A stretch of DNA of 64,000 nt from Burkholderiales bacterium (GCA_035689325.1 DASSLQ010000151.1:586-64585), one strand, 5' to 3'; counted from the stretch's first letter, positions 17,714 through 26,953 are shown. Notes: generated by a model from the sequence alone, not told the origin. Numbers and translations: made by a program.

Positions 17714-18885
17714 TCCAGGAGCTTGCGATCCGCCCAGGGCGCGAAAGGCTGCACGCTGCGCTCGCCCGCGAGCGCCTGCGGCCATACCGGCTGCACGCGT
17801 CCATTTACGATCTGCAGCAGCACGGGCTTCATGCCGAGCTGCGCGCCGCTCGCCGGGTCGACGCGATACGGCCCGAGCACCGTGTCGACCTGGAGCGAGG
17901 CGAGCGCGGCTCGCAGCTTCTGCGGCTCGACGCTGCTCGCCCGGCGCACGCCGGCAGCGAGCACGGCACCGGCGGTGTAACCGGCGGCGGCGAGCGGCCC
18001 GGGAGGCGCCGACCATTTGGCGGTGAATGCTTTCACGAAGTCGGCGTTGCCCGCGGTCGGAAACCGCGGATCGTACTCTCTCGAGCCGAGGATGAATTCG
18101 GCGTCCTGCCCGACGAGCTTGACGAAGCGCGGCTCGACGGCGGCGCGCGCGTAGACCACCTTCGGCACGTAGCCCTCTTTCTTGAGGATCTTCACCATTT
18201 CGGCCGCGTCGCGCGCCTCGCCGTACGCGATCCAGCCGTCGGCATTGACCTTCATCGCCTGGTAAAGCAAAGGCAGGAAATCGTCGGTGCGGCCGGAATA
18301 GACGTCGAGCGTCACTTTGCCGATGCCCGCGGCGCGCGCCTTGGTCTGCACTGCATCCGCCATGTCGCGCGAGGCAGCGTCATCGCGGGCCGCGATATAG
18401 AGCGACTCGACGCCGGCTTCGCGCGCCGCCCACAGCGCGCCATCGGCGTATGCGGCGTACGGCGGCACGGTCTGGAACACGTACTGCGGCTTGCGCTTGT
18501 GGATCTCGCTCGACGGTCCCGCCGCATTCAGCAGCACCCGGCGGCCGCGCTCGGCCTCCGCCGCCGCGGTCAACGTCGCGGCCGAGCCGTACGGTCCGAT
18601 CAGGATCTGCGCACCCTGGCGGATCAGCTCGGCGTACAGCTCGCCGGCGCGCACCGCTTCCGAGCCGTCGTCCTCGATGCGCAGAACCACGCGGTTGCCG
18701 AGCAGGCCGCCCGCCGCATTGACCTCGTCCTGCCACACGAGCAGGCCCTTGCGATAGTCCTCCGCCGGCCCGGCATGCGCACCGGACTGCGAGACCGCCG
18801 CACCGACCACGAGGGTGCCCTCCTGTGCCGCGGCACTCGAGGCGGCGGCGGCAAGGAGAAGCGCGCTAGTAATCCAGCCGGTCAT
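17710..18885 (-). CDS. ABC-type periplasmic substrate-binding protein, LivK/branched-chain amino acid type (orphan)
   Basis: Signal peptide MTGWITSALLLAAAASSAAAQE, then VVGAAVSQSGAHAGPAEDYRKGLLVWQDEVNAAGGLLGNRVVL, typical of type I periplasmic binding proteins. There are no cognate permease or ATPase genes nearby. Confidence 0.85.
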   Translation of the reverse strand: MTGWITSALLLAAAASSAAAQEGTLVVGAAVSQSGAHAGPAEDYRKGLLVWQDEVNAAGGLLGNRVVLRIEDDGSEAVRAGELYAELIRQGAQILIGPYGSAATLTAAAEAERGRRVLLNAAGPSSEIHKRKPQYVFQTVPPYAAYADGALWAAREAGVESLYIAARDDAASRDMADAVQTKARAAGIGKVTLDVYSGRTDDFLPLLYQAMKVNADGWIAYGEARDAAEMVKILKKEGYVPKVVYARAAVEPRFVKLVGQDAEFILGSREYDPRFPTAGNADFVKAFTAKWSAPPGPLAAAGYTAGAVLAAGVRRASSVEPQKLRAALASLQVDTVLGPYRVDPASGAQLGMKPVLLQIVNGRVQPVWPQALAGERSVQPFAPWADRKLLE

Positions 18886-19384
18886 CGACGGCGTGGCCGC
18901 GCATCGGGATGAGCGCCGAGCGCTCGAAGGTCATGAACACCGTGCCGTCGGCCTTCTTGCCGGTGGTGCGCACGGTGACGATGCCGTGATGCGCTCGCGA
19001 GGCGGATTCGCGCTTGCCGATCACTTCGGACTCGGCGTAGATCGTGTCGCCGGCAAACACCGGCGCGGTGAGGCGCACCTTGTCCCAGCCGAGATTCGCG
19101 ACCGTCTTCTGGCTCACGTCCGAGACGCTCATGCCGGTGACGATGGCGAGCGTCAGCGCCGAATTGATCAGGCAGCGGCCGAAATCGGTCGCCGCGCCGT
19201 AGGCGTTGTCGATGTGCAGCGGGTGCTGGTTCATCGTCAGCAGCGAAAACCAGATGTTGTCGGTTTCGGTGAGCGTGCGGCCGGGGCGATGCTCGTAGAC
19301 GTCGCCGATCTCGAAGTCCTCGTAATAGCGACCGGCCGATTCGCGATAGCGCTTCGGTCCTACTTCCTTTGCGCGGCTGACCAT
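18866..19384 (-). CDS. MaoC-like (R)-specific enoyl-CoA hydratase/dehydratase
   Basis: This is the C-terminal 172 codons of track ORF 18866..20746 (MVSRAKEVGPKRYRESAGRYYEDFEIGDVYEHRPGRTLTETDNIWFSLLTMNQHPLHID), the hot-dog fold hydratase signature. Confidence 0.85.
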   Translation of the reverse strand: MVSRAKEVGPKRYRESAGRYYEDFEIGDVYEHRPGRTLTETDNIWFSLLTMNQHPLHIDNAYGAATDFGRCLINSALTLAIVTGMSVSDVSQKTVANLGWDKVRLTAPVFAGDTIYAESEVIGKRESASRAHHGIVTVRTTGKKADGTVFMTFERSALIPMRGHAVDDRLDY

Positions 19385-19402
19385 AAGAGAATCCGGCGAG
19401 CG

Positions 19403-20776
19403 ATGATTGAGAAGCAGCTTGGCGACATTGTAGGCGCCGCCAACGTCCTGACAGCAGCGCAAGATACCCGGCCGTACTTTACAGACTGGCGGCGCCAATA
19501 TACCGGCAGTGCCGAATGCGTCGTGCGCCCGGCAAGCACCGAGGAGGTCGCGCGCGTCGTCCGGCTGTGCGCAGAGCGCGGCGTGGCGATCGTGCCCCAG
19601 GGCGGGAACACCGGACTCTCGGGCGGCTCGGTGCCCACCGGCAAGGGGCGCGAGATCGTGCTCGCTCTCGGGCGCATGAACCGCATTCGCGAGCTCGACC
19701 GCCTCAACGACACCATCACCGTCGAAGCCGGCTGCGTGCTTGCGAATGTGCAACGCGCCGCGGACGAGGCGGGGCGCCTGTTCCCGCTCTCGCTCGCCGC
19801 CGAGGGCAGCTGCCAGATCGGCGGCAACCTCTCGACCAATGCGGGCGGCGTGAATGTGCTGCGTTATGGCACGGCGCGCGAGCAGGTGCTGGGGCTCGAA
19901 GTCGTGCTGCCCGACGGGCGCATCTGGAACGGGCTGCGCGGCCTGCGCAAGGACAACACCGGCTACGACCTCAAGCAGCTCTTCCTCGGCGCGGAAGGCA
20001 CGCTCGGCATCATCACGGCGGCGGTGCTGCGCCTTCATCCGAAGCCGAGCGCGAGCGCCACGGCGTGGATAGCGCTCGCCAGCGCGGCGGCGGCGATGGA
20101 GCTGCTCGCTTTCCTGCACGAGCGGTTGGGCGAACGGCTCAGCGCATTCGAGCTCCTTTCGCGCGCCTGCGTCGAGGCGGTGCTCGCGTTCGCGCCCGGC
20201 ACACAGGACCCGCTCGCGCGGCCGCACCCGTGGTACGTGCTGGTCGAGATCGCCGACAGCGGCGACGAACAGGCCTTGCGCGAGCGCGTCGAAAAGGCGC
20301 TCACGGAGGCCGCCGAGCGCAGCGCGCTCGCGGACGCGGCGCTCGCACAGAGCGGCGAGCAGGCGCGCGCGCTCTGGCGCATCCGCGAGACCGTGCCCGA
20401 GGCCCAGTTCACCAACGTGAAGCACGACATTTCGGTGGCGATCTCCAAGACCGCCGAATTCATCGAGCGCGCCGCGAAGCGGCTCATCGCTCGCTACCCC
20501 GATGTGCGGATCTACGCCTTCGGCCACGTCGGCGACGGCAACATCCACTACAACGTCGGCCCGGAGCAGCTGGTCGCGGAGCGGCCGGCGGTGAATCGCA
20601 TCGTCTACGACACCGTGGCGGAGCTCGGCGGCTCGATCTCCGCCGAGCATGGCCTCGGGCAGCTCAAGCGCGACGAGATCCGCGCGCACAAGTCGGCGCT
20701 CGAGCTCGAGCTGATGCGCCGGCTTAAGGAAGCCCTGGACCCGCAAGGGTTGATGAATCCGGGCAAGGTGCTCTAG
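19403..20776 (+). CDS. FAD-linked oxidase (GlcD / D-2-hydroxyacid dehydrogenase-like)
   Basis: MIEKQLGDIVGAANVLT...YFTDWRRQYTG..VVRPASTEEVARVVRLCAERGVAIVPQGGNTGLSGGSVP (FAD-binding PCMH domain). The C-terminus is ISAEHGLGQLK..LMNPGKV. Confidence 0.88.
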   Translation: MIEKQLGDIVGAANVLTAAQDTRPYFTDWRRQYTGSAECVVRPASTEEVARVVRLCAERGVAIVPQGGNTGLSGGSVPTGKGREIVLALGRMNRIRELDRLNDTITVEAGCVLANVQRAADEAGRLFPLSLAAEGSCQIGGNLSTNAGGVNVLRYGTAREQVLGLEVVLPDGRIWNGLRGLRKDNTGYDLKQLFLGAEGTLGIITAAVLRLHPKPSASATAWIALASAAAAMELLAFLHERLGERLSAFELLSRACVEAVLAFAPGTQDPLARPHPWYVLVEIADSGDEQALRERVEKALTEAAERSALADAALAQSGEQARALWRIRETVPEAQFTNVKHDISVAISKTAEFIERAAKRLIARYPDVRIYAFGHVGDGNIHYNVGPEQLVAERPAVNRIVYDTVAELGGSISAEHGLGQLKRDEIRAHKSALELELMRRLKEALDPQGLMNPGKVL

Positions 20777-20791
20777 GAGAGCGCTGAAGGT

Positions 20792-20818
20792 GTCGCCCCC
20801 GCGAAAGCGGGGGTCCAG
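20792..20818 (+). repeat. REP-type palindromic element, copy 1 (also a likely terminator of the FAD oxidase gene)
   Basis: GTCGCCCCCGCGAAAGCGGGGGTCCAG is followed by TTTTTT. It belongs to the same family as 20830-20856 and 26954-26980. Confidence 0.8.
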
Positions 20819-20829
20819 TTTTTTGAAAC

Positions 20830-20856
20830 CTGGGTTCCCGCTTTCGCGGGAACGAC
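20830..20856 (-). repeat. REP-type palindromic element, copy 2 (inverted relative to copy 1)
   Basis: CTGGGTTCCCGCTTTCGCGGGAACGAC. Its reverse complement GTCGTTCCCGCGAAAGCGGGAACCCAG matches copy 1 except in the stem-compensating positions. Confidence 0.8.
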
Positions 20857-20863
20857 GATTGGC

Positions 20864-21613
20864 CTAGCGCTCGCGCGTCAGCTCGCGGCCATCGTCGCTG
20901 ACGATGTGCTCGCCTTGCACCCGGCCGTGGAAGCTGCCGGCGGGCGAGCGCCAGCGGATGTCGCTGCCGCGCAGCGTGGCCTCGGTTGCGCCTGCGACGT
21001 CGATCTCCTGGTAGTTCTGCTCGATGCGCACGCGCATCCCGGCGCCCGACCAGGTGCCTCGCACCTCGGCCGGCACGATCCAGAGGTAAAGCGTGCTTAC
21101 GTCGCCTTGCCCGGGGTGAGCGCCGGCGACGCGCAGGCTCTCGCTCGCATCAGGCCGCCACCCCGTCATGCGGAATGCGTGGGACACGATGCGCGTGCCC
21201 GGCTTGAGGTCGGACAGGAAGCGCGGCTGCAGCCGACCGATGAGATCGGGCAACAGGTACACCGTCACGACGCTCGCGGCGGAGAAATCGGCGGTGAGCA
21301 CATCCCCCTGGATAAAACTCGCGCGATCGGCGACGCCAGCGCGTTGCGCGTTGTCGCGCGCGCTGCGCACGAGCGCTTCGTCGAGCTCGATGCCGAGGCC
21401 GCGGGCGCCGTAGCGGCGCGCGGCGGTAATCACGATGCGGCCGTCGCCCGAGCCGAGGTCGACGACGTAGTCGTCGGCGCGGGTGCCGGCGAACGCGAGC
21501 ATGCGCTCGACGACCTCGTCGGGCGTGCTGATGAACGGGACGCGCCACTCGGTGTCCTGCGCCGCCACGACGCAGGCGCCGGCAACGAGGAAGAGGCAGA
21601 GCAGCGCGCGCAC
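20864..21613 (-). CDS. class I SAM-dependent methyltransferase with N-terminal signal/anchor sequence
   Basis: GTG start. MRALLCLFLVAGACVVAAQD is followed by VPFISTPDEVVERMLAFA...VVDLGSGDGRIVITAARRYGARGLGIELD (SAM motif I) and an extra C-terminal domain of about 90 aa. Confidence 0.78.
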   Translation of the reverse strand: MRALLCLFLVAGACVVAAQDTEWRVPFISTPDEVVERMLAFAGTRADDYVVDLGSGDGRIVITAARRYGARGLGIELDEALVRSARDNAQRAGVADRASFIQGDVLTADFSAASVVTVYLLPDLIGRLQPRFLSDLKPGTRIVSHAFRMTGWRPDASESLRVAGAHPGQGDVSTLYLWIVPAEVRGTWSGAGMRVRIEQNYQEIDVAGATEATLRGSDIRWRSPAGSFHGRVQGEHIVSDDGRELTRER

Positions 21614-21628
21614 CGCGAGACTCTAGCC

Positions 21629-21657
21629 AAAAAAAGAGCCCGGCTCGCGCCGGGCTC
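21629..21657 (-). terminator. rho-independent terminator of the small Lys-rich gene
   Basis: On the minus strand, GAGCCCGGC-gcga-GCCGGGCTC is a 9-bp GC stem followed by TTTTTTT. Confidence 0.8.
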
Positions 21658-21674
21658 GATTTTCCGAACGAAGC

Positions 21675-21896
21675 TTACTTCTTCGCTTCGTCGGCCTTCT
21701 TGTCGCTCTTCGCCTTGCCCTTGCTCTTGGACTTGGCTTTCTTCTCGCCCTTGGCCTTCTTCGCGGGCTTCGCCTGGTCCTTCTTCGCTTCGGTGGAGGA
21801 CGGCGTGGAGGGCGTGGTGTCCGACTTCGGGGCCTGGGCGAACGCGGTAAACGCGAACGCGGAGGCGATCAGGATTGCAACGAGTTTCTTAAGCAT
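21675..21896 (-). CDS. small secreted lysine/alanine-rich protein (73 aa)
   Basis: ATG at 21896 has a GGAGAA SD. Signal peptide MLKKLVAILIASAFAFTAFAQA, then low-complexity KKDQAKPAKKAKGEKKAKSKSKGKAKSDKKADEAKK. It has its own strong terminator. Confidence 0.6.
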   Translation of the reverse strand: MLKKLVAILIASAFAFTAFAQAPKSDTTPSTPSSTEAKKDQAKPAKKAKGEKKAKSKSKGKAKSDKKADEAKK

Positions 21897-21993
21897 ACGG
21901 ATTCTTCTCCTGTCTAAGAGGTCGATCCGGTTACCAATACGGATCCTGAGCGAATAACGCGCGCGCCGGGAAACGGTTGACAGGCCCGGCATA

Positions 21994-22635
21994 ATGCGGC
22001 GAAACGACATGAAGCTCGCCGACTTCAGCGCTGCGCTGCCCGACGGGGACTTCTGGGTCTTCGGCTATGGCTCGCTCATGTGGTCGCCGTGCTTCCCCTA
22101 TCGCGAAAAGCGGCTCGCCCGCCTGCACGGCTACCACCGCGCGCTCTGCATCCTCTCCACGCGTTACCGAGGCACGCATCGCAAGCCCGGGCTGGTGATG
22201 GGCCTTTGCCGCGGCGGCTCGTGCTGGGGCATGGCGTTCCGCATCCCGCGCAGCGAGGTGCGCCGCGCGCTCGCGCGCCTCTGGAACCGCGAGATGCCGC
22301 GCCGCGTATATGCGCCGCGCCTCGTCCCGGCGACGCTACCGGGCGGGCGCCGCGTGCACGCGCTCGCCTTCATCGCCGATCCGGATCATCCATCGTATGT
22401 GCGCGAGCTCGACCTCCACGGTCGCGCCCGGCTGGTGGCGCAAGGCATCGGCCAGCGCGGGCCGTGCATCGACTACATCCGCAACACGCTCGCGCATATG
22501 CACGAGGTCGGCGTGCGCGACCCGCACCTCGAACGCGTGCTCGAGGCAGCGCTCAGCCTGCGGAGCCGAGCGCTGTCTGCATGCGCGCCAGCGCTTGGCG
22601 CAGGCGCGCGCGCTGCGTCCCGAAGTTCAGTCTGA
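21994..22635 (+). CDS. chaC: ChaC-family gamma-glutamylcyclotransferase (glutathione-specific)
   Basis: FWVFGYGSLMWSPCF...GYHRALCILSTRYRGT...PGLVMGL is the ChaC/GGCT signature. The start is ATG 21994 or 22009. The last ~27 codons are low-complexity and overlap the convergent patB-like gene. Confidence 0.8.
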   Translation: MRRNDMKLADFSAALPDGDFWVFGYGSLMWSPCFPYREKRLARLHGYHRALCILSTRYRGTHRKPGLVMGLCRGGSCWGMAFRIPRSEVRRALARLWNREMPRRVYAPRLVPATLPGGRRVHALAFIADPDHPSYVRELDLHGRARLVAQGIGQRGPCIDYIRNTLAHMHEVGVRDPHLERVLEAALSLRSRALSACAPALGAGARAASRSSV

Positions 22636-23683
22636 CGAAGCGCGGCGCGCCGAACTGCGCGCCCGGCGAGAGCGCGACGCCGTGGCGCAGGAAGTGCTCG
22701 TGCGGATCGGCGGTCGGCAGCCCGGTGCAATCAATCCACGCCAGATACGTCGCCTGCACCGGCGCAATGGGAAGCGCGAGTTCGCGCTGAACGAGATCGC
22801 GGTTGCCGCGCAAGTACTCGATCTGCGCGGCGAGCCAGGCATCGCCCTCGCGCAGCGCAGCGAGCGTGGCAGCGTAGCCGAACACTGAAGGCGATGGCAG
22901 GAGGTGCGTGCGCACGTCTAGCGACATCGCTTCGCGCAGCTCGGGGTCTTCGACCACCGCCCAGGCGCAGCCGGCGGACGGGATATTGAACGCCTTGTTC
23001 GCCGACATGAGCGTCACCGTGCGCCGCGAGATCTCGGGTGCGATGCTCGCGATCGGCACGTGGCGCGCGCCTTCGTCGAGCACCAGGTCGCAATGGATCT
23101 CGTCGGACACGATGACGCAGCCGGGTGTCTGCTCCGCCAGGCGCAGGAGCTCGTCGCGCCGGAATACCGTGCCGCCGGGATTCTGCGGGTTGCAGAGATA
23201 GACGAGCCGCGTCTTCGCCGTGCGCGCGCGGCGCAACGCATCGAGGTCGAACACCCAGCGCCCGCTTTCCAGCACCAGCGCAATCTCGGTATGGGCGCGC
23301 GCCGCGAGCTCGAGGGCGCGCTTGAAATGCTGGTAGAGCGGCGTCGGCAGCAGCGCGTGCTCATCCGGCGCAAGCAGCCGCCGCGCGCTGATATGCAGGC
23401 CCGGAACCACGCCTGGCAGGAACACGACCCAAGCCGGGTCCACGGCCCAGCCATAGCGACGCGCGAGCCGCTCGACGATCGCCTGGCGCAACTCCTCGGG
23501 CGGATTGGTATAGCCGAATACGCCGTGATGCACGCGCGCGCTCATCGCGGCGAGCACCGCGCGCGGCGCGCGGAAGTCGGTATCTGCAACCCACAGCGGA
23601 ATGACGTCGCGGCCGGCGTAGCGCTCCCAGCGCACGCTCCACGTGCCGGCACGCTCGACTGTGGAGTCGAAATCGTCCGTCAG
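22553..23683 (-). CDS. PatB/MalY-type PLP-dependent C-S lyase (aminotransferase class I/II)
   Basis: VIPLWVADTDFRAPRAVLAAMSARVHHGVFGYT... and the SANKAFN PLP-lysine region. The conserved N-terminus DDFDSTVERAGTWSVRWERY extends upstream of the first canonical start (GTG 23635). I extended to the CTG at 23683 that overlaps the upstream TGA (see findings). Confidence 0.8.
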   Translation of the reverse strand: MTDDFDSTVERAGTWSVRWERYAGRDVIPLWVADTDFRAPRAVLAAMSARVHHGVFGYTNPPEELRQAIVERLARRYGWAVDPAWVVFLPGVVPGLHISARRLLAPDEHALLPTPLYQHFKRALELAARAHTEIALVLESGRWVFDLDALRRARTAKTRLVYLCNPQNPGGTVFRRDELLRLAEQTPGCVIVSDEIHCDLVLDEGARHVPIASIAPEISRRTVTLMSANKAFNIPSAGCAWAVVEDPELREAMSLDVRTHLLPSPSVFGYAATLAALREGDAWLAAQIEYLRGNRDLVQRELALPIAPVQATYLAWIDCTGLPTADPHEHFLRHGVALSPGAQFGAPRFVRLNFGTQRARLRQALARMQTALGSAG

Positions 23684-24449
23684 TCGAGGCGTGCGACGAC
23701 TCCTTCGAGCGACGGCGCGGGCGCCTGGTAGCGCTGCATCACCAGCGGGTCGTGGCCCGGAATGATGTGCTGCGGCGATGCAGCGAGCGCGCGCATGCGC
23801 TCGTAGCCATCGAGCATGTCGGCCACCGACCAGACGATCGGGAAGGGACGCGCCTGCTCCATGTTGGCGTAGAAGTGGCTCGCGTCGGAGGCGAGCACGA
23901 GCCAGCCCCGGCGCGTCGCGACGCGCACCGCTTGCAGGCCCATGGTGTGGCCGCCGATGAGATGCAGCGACACGCCCGGGGCGAGCTCCGCGTCACCGTC
24001 GTGAAAGCGCACGCGGCCCTGATATACGCGCCGCACGACACCGACGACATCCTCGACTTCGTAGGCGCCGCTGAAGCAGGCGCTGCACATGTAGCGGCCG
24101 GTCGCATAGCGCACCTCGAGCTCCTGCAAGTGCAGCGTCGCCGCCGGGAACAGCTCGAAGTTGCCGACATGGTCGTAGTGCAGGTGCGTGATGACGACGT
24201 CCTTCACCTGCGCCGCGTCGACGCCCAGGAGCTTCAGGCTGCGCGCAGGGCAGCGCAGGTGCTCGCGCCCGCGCTTGGCGGCCATCGCGGCGGAGAAGCC
24301 GGTGTCGACGACGATCTCGCGGCCTTCGCCGCGGATCAGCCACACGTAGTAATCGAGCGGCATCGGCCCGTCGTGCGGATCACCCCCGATGAAGTTCTCG
24401 GAGGCGCGCCGCTCGTGGTGCGCGTACTTGAGCGCGTAGACCTCGTACA

Positions 24450-24450
<1 letters not shown>
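23680..24450 (-). CDS. MBL-fold metallo-hydrolase, N-acyl homoserine lactonase-like
   Basis: HxHxDH motif in VVITHLHYDHVGN, with a later GGHTMG and ASDASH. ATGA overlap with tyrS upstream. Confidence 0.78.
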
Positions 24451-25640
<1,190 letters not shown>

Positions 25641-25712
25641 GTTCGATTTGCGCCGCTCGGCGCCTTTGCTAGACTGCGCAGGCTTCTGAATAAAAAAGGA
25701 TTCTAGCGGATC

Positions 25713-26951
25713 GTGGCATCGCTCGTGATGTTGAGGCGCAGCGCAGTCATCGGCCTCGTCGCTGCCTGCGGCGCAGTGGCGGCGTTCGCCACGATCGCGC
25801 CGCGCGAAGACGCGACACCATTGCCACCGAGAGCGCTCGTGGTCGAGCCACTCGCACTGCAGGCGCACGAAGTGCCGCCGCCGCTGCAATACGTGCGCGA
25901 GGAGCAATTCCAGCGCGGCGACACGCTCGCGGGTTTCCTCGGCCGGCTCGGAATCGACCAGACGCTGATCAGCCGCCTCGCGCGCACGCCGGCGCTGCGC
26001 GCGCTACGGCCCGGCGTCTACGTGCGCGCAGAGGTGCTGGCCGATGGCACCCCACAGGCGCTCAGCTTCCTCACGGGCCGGGACACGCTGGTGCGCATCG
26101 TCCCCGACGGCGAGCGCTTCCGCGCGGCGGAAGAGCAAGCGCCGCTCGAGACACGCGTGCTCATGAAGGCAAGCGTGATCCGAAGCTCGCTCTTTGCGGC
26201 GACCGACGCGGTCGGCATTCCGGACAGCATCGCCATGCAGCTTGCCGATGTCTTCGGCGGGGATATCGACTTCTATCGCGACCTGCGCAAGGGCGACCGC
26301 TTCACGGTGGTCTACGAGCTCTACCATCTCGGCGGCCGGCCGGTGCGCGCCGGGCGGCTGTTGGCGGCGGAGTTCGTGAACCAGGGAAGGACGATCCGCG
26401 CCGTGCACTTCGGCTCGAGCTACTACGCGCCCGACGGGCGCAACCTGCGCAAGGCGTTCCTGCGCGCGCCGCTCGAATTCTCGCGCGTGAGCTCGGGCTT
26501 CGGCATGCGCAAGCATCCGATCCATAGCGGCTGGAAGGCGCACAAGGGAATCGACTACGCGGCGCCGACCGGCACGCGCGTGCGCGCGGTGGGCGACGGC
26601 GTGGTGGAATTCGCAGGCGTGAAGAACGGCTACGGCAACGTGGTGGTCCTGCGCCACAACGGCCAGTACTCGACGGTATACGCGCATCTCAGCCGCATCG
26701 CGGTGCGCCGCGGCGCGCGCGTCGCGCAGAACGACACCATTGGCCTCGTCGGCCAGACCGGCTGGGCCACCGGGCCGCACCTGCACTACGAGTTTCGCAT
26801 CGCCGGCCAGGCGCGCAATCCGCTCTCGATCGCGATGCCCTCCGGCCTGCCGGTGCCGGCGCAAAGCCTCGCCGTGTTCCGCGCGCAAGCCGAGCCGCTC
26901 GTTGCGCGGCTCGATCTGCTCGCGAACGCTGACCTCGCGCTGCTGGAATAG
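25713..26951 (+). CDS. M23-family murein endopeptidase (LysM/OapA-like N-terminal region)
   Basis: [22 protein letters not shown]...[22 protein letters not shown]...[15 protein letters not shown] is the canonical M23 zinc-binding motif. It is divergent from tyrS. Confidence 0.88.
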   Translation: MASLVMLRRSAVIGLVAACGAVAAFATIAPREDATPLPPRALVVEPLALQAHEVPPPLQYVREEQFQRGDTLAGFLGRLGIDQTLISRLARTPALRALRPGVYVRAEVLADGTPQALSFLTGRDTLVRIVPDGERFRAAEEQAPLETRVLMKASVIRSSLFAATDAVGIPDSIAMQLADVFGGDIDFYRDLRKGDRFTVVYELYHLGGRPVRAGRLLAAEFVNQGRTIRAVHFGSSYYAPDGRNLRKAFLRAPLEFSRVSSGFGMRKHPIHSGWKAHKGIDYAAPTGTRVRAVGDGVVEFAGVKNGYGNVVVLRHNGQYSTVYAHLSRIAVRRGARVAQNDTIGLVGQTGWATGPHLHYEFRIAGQARNPLSIAMPSGLPVPAQSLAVFRAQAEPLVARLDLLANADLALLE

Positions 26952-26953
26952 AA

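Noticed and set aside
21940-21993. TTGACA followed by ATAAT upstream of chaC, considered as a sigma-70 promoter.
   Set aside because: The two elements are only about 8 nt apart instead of about 17. They cannot act as a -35/-10 pair as they stand, so no promoter feature is called.
22553-22635. An 83-bp convergent overlap between the chaC-like and patB-like genes.
   Set aside because: Both stops are real. The last ~27 codons of the chaC ORF (ALSLRSRALSACAPALGAGARAASRSSV) are low-complexity read-through into the antisense of a GC-rich gene. This is most simply a non-functional tail rather than a designed overlap or regulatory antisense arrangement.
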